Below, in pieces: positions 1 to 10,100 of a DNA stretch of 64,000 bases. Below the pieces are notes generated by a model, which did no database searches, was not told the origin of the DNA, and worked only from the letters and a program-made list of their open reading frames with translations. The stretch's first letter is position 1, and each line of letters opens with the position of its first letter. Made by a program: the position numbers and the translations under genes. The stretch lies in assembly GCA_002780005.1 (NCBI GenBank), contig PEWV01000025.1, positions 25,150 through 89,149 on the forward strand, in the 5' to 3' direction. The DNA comes from Candidatus Aquitaenariimonas noxiae. Its GTDB lineage: Bacteria > Omnitrophota > Gorgyraeia > Aquitaenariimonadales > Aquitaenariimonadaceae.

Positions 1-501
1 TGCCGGGGAATTCGCGCCCAATACCCTTGCGGTTTCGAACTCATCGGTTTGGAGCGGCGCTTCTTCTCTTGCCGGTACGGCAAGAGGTCTAAAAATTGGC
101 TTCCCGCCCTCTTGGTAACCTATAATATAGACGCCGCCGCCTAAATCTTCATGCAGTGTAACTCTGAAAGAATATCCCTCACCCGGCACAGCTTCTATGC
201 TTTGCAGCATACCTGTATTCTCTGCGGCATAAGTAGCTAGCTGCTGCAAGGCTTCGGCTTGAGGGATCCCCCTTTCATGCTGAGCCTGTATAAGCCTGCC
301 TATAACGGAAACGCACGCGTATGCGCGCGGATTTTCTCCGAGTTCTTTTACTATTTCATCCGGGCAGAATGTCGTCGGCTGTTTCAGAGAAAAACTTATC
401 CTGTCCCTGGAAATTTCCGCTACACCCGCGCTCTGGCAGAGAAATATCCACGTCATTATAAGTGAAGCTAATCTTATGAGTTTTTTATTCCTCATATGCA
501 T
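1..501 (-). CDS. 5' end of a fourth array member (G4), partial, runs off window start; paralog of the G3 N-terminus
   Basis: Manual translation from ATG at 501 is open to base 1: MHMRNKKLIRLASLIMTWIFLCQSAGVA...LKQPTTFCPDEIV...VPGEGYSFRVTLHEDLGGGVYIIGY, aligning with G3 MIRMRKKKLIQIVALITSWIFLCQ...LKQPTTFCPDEIV...VPGEGYCFKVTLHPDLGGGVYLIGY. Starts 6 nt after the G3 stop; absent from the ORF track. Confidence 0.9.
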   Translation of the reverse strand, partial: MHMRNKKLIRLASLIMTWIFLCQSAGVAEISRDRISFSLKQPTTFCPDEIVKELGENPRAYACVSVIGRLIQAQHERGIPQAEALQQLATYAAENTGMLQSIEAVPGEGYSFRVTLHEDLGGGVYIIGYQEGGKPIFRPLAVPAREEAPLQTDEFETARVLGANSPA

Positions 502-507
502 CTTCTG

Positions 508-1100
508 TTACGCCTTTCCTATAAATTCAGCCTCTTCGTCATATCTTTGCCTCAATTCATCGCTCGTAAGCGGTTTCGCGCCTTCCTGGACGCTCAGAAT
601 AAGTTTCAAAATACCATTTTCTTCGCTTTCGGCGACGTACGGTATCGGCTCATGCGGCTTATTCAATAATCGCTTTAAAGCTAATTCTATTATTCTGGTA
701 ACAGGTATATATTGATTTAGACTTTCCCCTTCAATCACTTGGCTATCGTCTACAGAAACAATTTGAGCCTTACCGGCCAAAGAATCAAACATATGTTTCC
801 CCCTATTAGACTCTTTTACAACAGAGACGACCCTTACCTTTTTGCCTGCTTTTTCCGCATCTCTTATATAACTATTTACTCGCGCTGATAGTTCGGTGCC
901 ATCGCTTGCAATTACTACTAAATTCGAAAGGCCTTCTTGGTCTTTGAGTTCGGCCAATACTTTTAGCAGATTCGGGGCATAACTACCTAAATTTCCTATT
1001 GTCGTATCTATGCCCACTAATATCTCTTCGCCGTCCTCTTGCGCGGGTTTTGCCAGTCCTCTTAAACTGCTGACAAAGCTTCTAGCTTCTGCTGCTAAAG
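508..1100 (-). repeat. Shared C-terminal domain, copy in G3 (other copies ~11597-12180 and ~24511-25100)
   Basis: All three proteins end in xLRxLAKxAxxxGEExxVGIDTxIGNLxxYA...GILKxI...LxxxELxxRYxEExEFIGxA. A 32-nt stretch near the 3' ends of G3 and G2 differs at one base. Confidence 0.9.
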
Positions 1101-4100
1101 ACTGACCCTCGAATGCGCGGCACAAGGCATCGTATAAAACAGGTCCGTCCCGATAATGGTATTGGATACCCGATATCCCGGCTGATCTTGCGGTAGTTAC
1201 ATAATCTTCGACATCGTCTATAAAGACCGCGCGGTCAGCGCTCACGCCGGCCCTTTCCAATGCAGTTTCGAATATCCTTTTGTCAGTTTTCATGCAACCG
1301 ACATCGCATGAAGCAATAACGCCGTCGGCTATCCCGAAGATATCTTTGTATTTGGATGGCATATAGTCCCGATGGATCGGGTTTGTATTAGTAATAATAA
1401 ATATCTTATATCCTCTCTCTTTGAGCGCGGCCATCATATCTGCAACGGGCTGGTTCGCTTCGTATATATCTGAGAATATCGGCATAAATTCCTCAAATGT
1501 CATATTGAGGTTAAAAATCTTTTTCAGATTCTGGAAATATGCCTCAGGCGTTACCTGTCCGCTTTCAAATGGAACCAATATCTCATCGGAAAGTATTTTT
1601 TGATAAATAAAATCTTCCGTCTTGTCGGAATATTGCGCGAGAGCCCGCGTCGCTCTGTGGTAATCGACTTTTAATAATATATTACCAGCGTCAAAGAATA
1701 CGGTATTGACAGCTGCCGGAGCAGGAAATTCGTATGCAACCCGTGAACTCTCTGCCTGAGTTGCCAAAGCGCTGAAAGCACTCGTGTCGTTCACCTCGAT
1801 GCCCTGTGACGCCAGAATACGTTCAAAGCGTTTCAAGAATTCCATTCCCATTTCGGCGCGTGTCAGATTTGTATCGTTAGGTTCTCTCGGGTCAAGCTCA
1901 AAATACTTATCGCCGACAAGAAAATCGGCGAGGAACCTGTCGCACCAGGTATGATAATATTCCAATATATAGCGGTATGCATACCATTTCATGAGCCCTC
2001 TATCAATGCGATTAGTCTGGCCCAGTTCTATGTAACCATCTATAATGCAGTCCGCGAGATAATCAACAATACTCATTAAAAGTTGCGGGTCATCATTTAT
2101 ATCGCCATAATTCATCACAACCATATATGTCGTTGTGCGAATTGCGATAGCTAAATCATTAAAAAGTCTGGCCGGTTGAGTACTGTCCGGATCTAGCCAG
2201 GAAGCTACATATAATTCACCCGTATCGGGTTTTCTTTTAAAGATCGCGTTTTTAGGCCTCACATCATTATTATATATGCCGGTACCTATATTTACCTCGT
2301 TATCCGGAAGATAGCGCCTCGCATTAAGATCATCAAGGAGAGGAGATACGCGTTTTTCATATCCGGACATCCTATCTCGCTGCAATTCAACTTTTCGCGA
2401 CGAATCCTGGCTGAGACTTAATGTAACACGTTCGCCGCTTAGGACAGAATTCAGATACGACCAATGGTATTTAAGCGATGTCATGTTAGGCAGGGGCGTC
2501 ATCCATTGATCCGACTCTATTGAATTATACATATTATCTATTACAGCTATGGATCTGCCTATATTGTAAATCGCTGTAAGCAGGTCTCTTTCCGGAATGT
2601 CTTCTAAGGTGAGGTATGTTTCTATTTCACCCGGGATCCCCTTACTCACGCGCCATACAGCCCCATCAGCGTCGCGGTACAGCTTTGTTAAAACCCCGCT
2701 GCGACATGCGCTTTTAACATTAAGAAAATCTAATCGATCCCAGTCTTCCGGCAAGACTGTCTCATTCTGCAATCGTTCCAATAATTGTAAGTTATGATCC
2801 ATTGCCTCAACGTTAAAAACTGAGTTGATTTTCTGAACAAAATACTGATATTCAATGCCTTCCTCTTTAATAACCAGACGGTAGGTACGGTTGATAAGAC
2901 CGAATTCGATTGTTTGACATGTGCAATTTTGAGGTGAAGCCTCATATGTGTTTTCAAATGCGTTAAAAATATCCATTACTTCTTTTGCCTCAAGGGTCGG
3001 TGTAACAGCAGACGACTCAACGCCTGCCCTGCCTTCAACGCTCACTCCGGTTTCGGCATCGCGTTCGGCCTTTATGACCCTGCGCCTTGATTCCATAACT
3101 TTGAAAGCCGCTTCGCAAATATTCGGCAAGCCGGAAGCAGCAACGCCGTAAAACCCGTATTGCTGTATAAGAAGGCGAATAAAATAAGGAATACCCGGTT
3201 GCTGCATGTCTTCCTTTAATGCAGCTGACGAAAGGCCATCTATCGGATTTTGTATAGTTGCAAGTGGAATTACAGACTCTACGCTTTCAAGCCTCTTTTG
3301 CAATTCCTCACGGTGATTTTGCCGCGATATCAATGCGACACCAATGCTATGCGAAGGCGACAATCTTTGCTCCGTCACCAATGGTTCAAATCTCCGCCAT
3401 AATTCATCTCCGTACTCGTCGCCGCCGATGTAATATGCATTAACTCCTATATCAGGATTTACATCCAAAATCTCAGGAATATATTGAACGCTTGTATCGT
3501 CTCTTTTTGAGCCGATGGGTGAAAATTGAACGATCGGCGCAAGACGGCTTGTCATCGCCTCTATAAGGCCAAAACGAACTGATTCGCTAGACAATCCGGA
3601 TTTATATGTCGGGGCGCCTCGCGATATTATAATTAATTTATCCAATTTTAAATCAACTATACTTTGAAGCATGACTGCCAAATGACCCCAGTGCGGCGGG
3701 TCACCCGCGATCGGATAAAATCCCACGCGAAGCGGCCGGTCCGGCAAGGCGCCGGATATTACATTTGTATCAGGGTCAAAACTAATTTCGGGGTGTATTT
3801 CGCCGGATTCTATCAAGCCTTGGATTTGCGTCAATAATGCATTAATCGTTGTTTCTATTTCCGCTAATTTTTGACGGCCGGGCTCTGCAACTATAAGCCC
3901 TTCCAGTTCGAGGTCCAGATCGAAAATACCCGGCGCTAAAATCGAGGGCGCTGTTTTAGCGGCGCCTAAAATCTTACGGATTTCATCCGCCGCTTTACCA
4001 AGTTTCGCCCTATCGTAGCTCCAGTGCTGTAAAAGGCGGTCATTATCTATTTGTATATTACAAATTCTATTTAGAGTTTCTGCGTCTTGAATTTGAAAGA

Positions 4101-7100
4101 ATAATGGCGAGAGGCGATATTGCGTAGACTTGCCTGGCCTGGGCGGCTCGATAAGCTGAAGTATGCCTAGCCGCTCCAAGGCTCTTAATTCATTTGAGAT
4201 TGTGCTCCTAGCGTAAGGTTTACCCGTCTTAGAGTTTTCGCTTCTCCATTTTGGGACATCCGCAGTACCATTTATAGCGCTCGTAATCGTTATTGGTTTA
4301 TCTCTTAGGGTGTCCCTGCTACCAAACAAATCCCGCAGCGCTTCGGCCGGCGAGCCTTCAGGACCTTTCGCTTGCATGAACTTGCTTTGCACCTCGGCAA
4401 AAATCGCATAGGCGTCTTGTCCGCCTTCTAGCGCTAAATATTCATCATGCCGCTCTTCCATAAGGCCGTCTATTATTCTACGCGCCTCATCACTCACGCG
4501 ATTATATTTTTCATGCACTTCTGCGCTGAATTCTTCTTCTCTGCCCTTACTCCTTAAATCCATAAGGTCATTTGTAAATAATACCGGCGTAAAGAACGAC
4601 ATAGCATCCGCATCCCTTAAGACCGCAGAATCTTCTATTAAATGCGCCAGCGTAGCTTCTTGGGCCGGTAAGGGTTCAGGCATAGTGTCTTTTCTTATGC
4701 CTTTCTCGTGGTTTCGTATCAGCAAATCCACGTTCGCTATTAATCTTGGGTCTATTCCTAATAATTCCAATAGCGACCTTGCAAAATCTGCGGCCATACG
4801 GGGATGTTGTATCGGTTTATAATAATTCTGATGCCGCGGGCTATCAACCGGAGGCTCATCCTTGATCGCGACATAATACCCGTCAAAGAACCTGTCAGCG
4901 TCGTGCAGCATTGACGCGATCAATAATTCGGGCGATGGTTCGGCCGCTAGCCTTCTAACAACATCCGGGAGCGCCTGCATGTGAGGCGACATATTTGCCC
5001 TGAATAATGGGTCCGAACAATTGGTGATTTCGCATAATCTTCCCAATAACCATTCGACTTCACTGACAGCTTCATCGCCGGTTACAATTCGTTCTTCCCT
5101 GGCACTAACCTTTTCTTCTATTTCCTCTCTTAATTTCACAAGTTGCGCGTCAGAATCCTCTTTATTCGCGGGATCGGCAAAAGCTTCTTCGTATTTTACG
5201 CCATCTAGTCCAACCCCTATGGTAGACTGCACCGCATAAATACCTTCGATCGTAACTTCTGGCGCACCTTCAGGCACTTCAGCTTCACCTTCGATAGCTG
5301 CAGTTATCGTAGCATCAAGATGGTTCCCTGCCTTATCCTGGACCTCTGAGACCTCTCCGTTCTTTACAATTATGATAATTTCTTCATTTGCGTGCCCCGG
5401 CACTTTTATGCGTGAAGTTTTTCCTCCGGGCCCGACCTTGCCTCCTATATCTTTAGTCGCCATTGCGCCCAGGCGAACTCTTTTAATAATGTGATCTTTA
5501 AGTTCGGCAAGCTTCTCCGGTGAAAGCATCTCCCAAAAAGAATCCACTAATTGGCCTTCGGCATTATAAATGAGCGCAAAATTGCAAGTATCTAAAACCT
5601 CCCTACCGGCTCCTAATATTCTCACCTGAGTCACCACGCCATCGATCAAATCAATCTCGACCTCATGCCCTTTATAATTAGTAAACGCTGCCCAATGCTT
5701 GCCTAAATGCAAACCTCCGGAAACATCGTTCAGCCAGAAATGCTTAATAGTGCATGTCCCGAACTCTTTAAGGTCATCAATTGTATCTACCCGGAAAAAT
5801 GATGCCTTCAAATTACCTTCAGGGTCATAAACTAGACTATACCGCCTATCTTGTCCCTCGACTATATTACCTGCGCCATCGAGCAAAGTCGCCCTGCTCA
5901 CGATACCATTCTCAACGACAGTCAGGGCCCCTCGATGATCCGGATACTTATCTATCGGGTATTGTGAAAACACAACAGCGCCCTGGCCGGCTGGGCCGCC
6001 TAGATTTATTACGCCGGCCTTATTTAGTTTAAATCGTTTTATCGTAACATTTTTCAGGCTTAAATATGTCCCTTCTGCAAGCGTATCCCAGAAAGAATTG
6101 AACAATTCTCCTTTTTCGTCATACATAAGCGCAAACTCATGATCTTCGAGTAAGTTATCTTCCTCATCGTATATCCGCACCCTATCATATTGACCTTGGA
6201 TCACATCCAGCTCAACTTTCTTACTCTTATGTTTTGAGAAATGAGGAATAGGTTTTTTCTTTGCTCCTACCGCAAGATTGCCGAACTTATCCAGGCGTAA
6301 ACCCCTTATTGTAACACCGTCATATTCTTTAAACCTTGTAGAGCTGAGATTGCGAAGGAAGGAATCAACGAGTTTGCCGGACTTCTTATCGTAGACTAAG
6401 CAGAATGGCCGAGGAGTCCTTTCGCCTGTCTCTTCATTCACAAGTGTAACTTCCCAAATTTGGCCTTCTCTAACTTCGATAACCGCCTGGTGATATTTAT
6501 AACCTTCTCCCATCTTTACATTTCGTCCGCCTATGGTTAATGTACCATCTTCTTTAACATAGTGATCCCGGATCTCTACGTTGTTCAATTTAGCAAATTC
6601 CGGTTTTTCGATCTTTCCATGGAACGTCTTCACCAATGTTCCGTCAGGCCTATATATAGTACCCAACTGAATGAATTCCACCAATTTGTCACTATCATCA
6701 AATATCCACACCCTATAAGGATGGCCTTGGAGGACTTCGAACTGAACTTTATGTCCAGGATAGTTGCCGAATCTGAACACGTCTACGCCCCCGATACCCA
6801 ATTCGCCTTGCGGTTTTAAATTATTTCCTGTAATGACTACTCCATCATCCAAAGTCGCTAATTGCTCTATGGTGAATTGATCCGAATTGGCAAAGAGCTT
6901 TTTCCTGCTTGAAAGAAGCGCTTGAGCTAAAACCAATCTTTCTTCCTCAGGTGCGGAAAGTATGCTCTGCACCGTAGGAGCCGTTGCTACTGTGGGAACT
7001 GTTACCGCATCCATGTACAGAGTCATATCAGGGGCGGCAGTAACCGCTTCCATCTGCGATGTTGTAAATTCAGTATCTATCCAGCCCAGGGTAAGGTTAT

Positions 7101-10100
7101 ATTTTGCCTCGAGGTATGGCACGAGGGCATAGAGTTCGCCCGGTTTATTAATATCTAGGCGCCGGGTCATTTCCAGCTGGCCTTGGCGGCCTGTAAAATT
7201 TGCCGGCACTTGAGCCAGCAACGCTTCCAGCCTATCCAGTCTTTCAACAGTACACCTTATATCGTGCCAACCGTATTCGCTTATAAACTCAGGTTCGCCG
7301 AATATTCTATACATGTCAGCTAGATTGCTTACGTGGACAGTTTTCGCGACCTCTATCATCCCGGCAACACCCCTATAAGAAGCAGGGGCTGCCTCGAGCA
7401 TGTCCTTTAAATCCCAGAATTTTATCCAACCGACCTGTTGGATCTGGATACCCAAACGACTGCGTACCTCTCTTGAAAGCCTTTCGCAAATCTTGGGGCT
7501 CGCTAATATCTGTGCCCTTCCAAGCCTTATATAACCGCGCTCCACGGCAAGCTCAATATCTCTGGCCAGATAAAAACCTGACTGGCGGCCGGTATATAGC
7601 TCGAGGTTATTCAAATTTTTCAGATCTATCTGGCCCCATCGTGTATTAAACACCTCTCTACCGTCAGGAACTATCACCCTTTCCCCGTGTTCCATTGCCT
7701 GCATTAATTCGTCCAGGCTGTAAACACGCGCCTTGGCCCGGCGTTCATTTATCGCCTGACTAAGGTCTTGGGTAGCGAAACTATTCTGCCGCAATCCTTG
7801 AATATAATTTCTTGCATGCGCAAGAATTAATTTCTTTTCTCCTGCCCCGAAATTGATCGTTAAAACCCTCTCCTCGCCTTTGCCTTCAACGCTGATTATC
7901 CGCCCTTCGCCGTAATGCAGATGCCATATCTTCTGGCCCGGCAAGAGAAGCGGCGGCAGCCTGTTTCCGTGCCTTTGTGTAAATTCCTCCCATTCCCTAT
8001 CAAGCTTTCCCCGGCCCCGGGTACGGGCCGCATTTTCGACTAGTTCCTGCGCATATCTACCAGGCTCGGGTCCGGAATAGTCTGCCATTGTGCGCAATAT
8101 AGAAGATGCCTGCCACGGGTTAATAATTTGTAAATAAACGAAGCGCTCTAATTCCGCGGCGTAGGCTTCATAATCAAAACGTTCAGGAAAACCTACCTCT
8201 CCACCTGTTGTTTCTTCAAAAACGCTAAATTCTCCGCGAGTCAGCTTTCCCTCATGCGCCGAAAGCTTTAGATTCGCCCTGCGTTCGGCCAAGCCTAACT
8301 GTTGATTTATATAGCTTCTTATGCACTCCCGCAATAGCCCTTCATTTTCGTATGGGCCTTGGTAATTTTCAGGGAAGGCCTTTTTTTGGATCTCGCGGCA
8401 GGCCTCGTGGTCGTAAAACGATTCTAGCGCTTCGTGTAAAAGATATTCGGCAACTAAAGAAGTTTTAGTTTCCCCGGAGCTATAACTTTCCACATGCGAA
8501 AGATATCGCACGAAATCTGCGGCATAGCCTAACATCACCCGCTGGCCGCCTAATCTTTCGCCATTCATTGAAATATTTCTTAAAAGCGGGGCGTGTGAAT
8601 TAAATCCCAATACAAAATTATCTTCCTCTGGCGGGATATCCCTTGAGGTAATAATAACAGACCCGAATTCATACATATTTTTAGGTATAAGAGTCATCAT
8701 AATTCCATTTATCTCGTCTTCGCTCAAAAGTCCTTTGAGGCGCGCCCTTATAAATCTGCGCAGATTGTTTAACGGAATATTGGTGTGCCTAAAATTAAAA
8801 GGTTCTATGTCCCCGTTTTCTATTATGCTTTGCAATTCTTCAAGCGCGATCTCGCCTTTTAAAATATATCCGCCGGCAGTATCAGCAGGGCCTGTTGCCT
8901 GGCCCTCCATACCAAGGAGAGGAACAAACCTGTATTCCATGATCTCCCGCGCTAACATAACCGTCTCCTCGCCTGACTCGTCTTCTTTTGCTCTCTTCTG
9001 TATTAAATTAAGAGTGCCTCTTCCGGTTTTTCCTGTAATGGGTATAACTATAGCCCCACCGTCTTTAAGCTCGTCTCTCAAGGCAGCCGGTAAACGGGGC
9101 GCGCCTGCTGTAACCATTATTCCGTCAAAACTCATTTCTTCTCTGAAAAGCGGAGCGCTTCCGTCCCCTACAATAACGTGCACATTATTCCTGCCGGCCC
9201 TGGTTATATTCTTATGGGCATCCTTAGCAAGGCGCTCCAGGGTCTCAACCGTATAAACCTCTTTCACTAAAGATCCTAAAATAGCTGCCTGCCAACCGCT
9301 GCCGGTCCCAATTTCTAAAATAACCGCATTTCTATAATCAGGAATGTTCTCGATTAAGAGCGCTGTCATTTCTGCAACCATAATAGGGCTGGAAATTGCC
9401 TGCCCTGGTAGCGGAGAACTTTCATAAGCAGAAGCTATAAGCCCCGGAGGAATAAAATTGTGGCGCCTATTCTCCATCATGGCATTAATAACATCTCTCA
9501 CTATATCTTCCCTGTGATTTCTCTTTAAGAGTTCCTCCTTTATGCTTGCATAAAGCATCGCCTCTTTACTTTGAAGTTCTTCTTCAGTCATATCTCGGCT
9601 GGCCATCAGTTTATGGGTCACTGCTTCTGAAACAAGTCCAAAAGCTGGTAAATGCGTAACTGAATCTTGCAAAGAGGTTATATCGCGTGACATACTGTCT
9701 ATTCTTGAGATAAGAGGAAGGGTGTGTTCGCCTCCTCTTCTTACAAGGATCCCCCTTGCAGCATTAAAGCCAACTGTCAGCGTACTCATGCAGGATAAAA
9801 ATGCCTCGCCACTCCAGCGATTTAAGCCCTCAATCTTTATTCCGCGAAGATCTTGCAACACGCGGCTGATTAATGTCAATAATGCCCTTATTTGAGGAAT
9901 CCCGGCATCGCCGATATCAGCTGATAAGGTTTCAATGTTTTGGATTAAATTTCTTACAGCCTCCTCGGCTTTAGCTGCTTCCCCTCCGGGCCCTTTTTCG
10001 GCAGGCTGGGTTGTCCTGTCAGATGCCGAGACAATCCCGGTATCGGGAAGCTGGGCCTGGCTAGCCTTAAGCATTGCTCGGGCCTGGGCCACCTGGGCAG

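Noticed and set aside
340-355. Possible frameshift in G4 at an A-run
   Set aside because: Base counting gives GTA AAA GAA CTC, which is in frame and collinear with G3.
499-510. The G3 stop is in frame with G4 (TAA CAG AAG ATG), suggesting a readthrough fusion
   Set aside because: G4 has its own signal-like peptide, the other two junctions are out of frame, and no recoding signal is evident.
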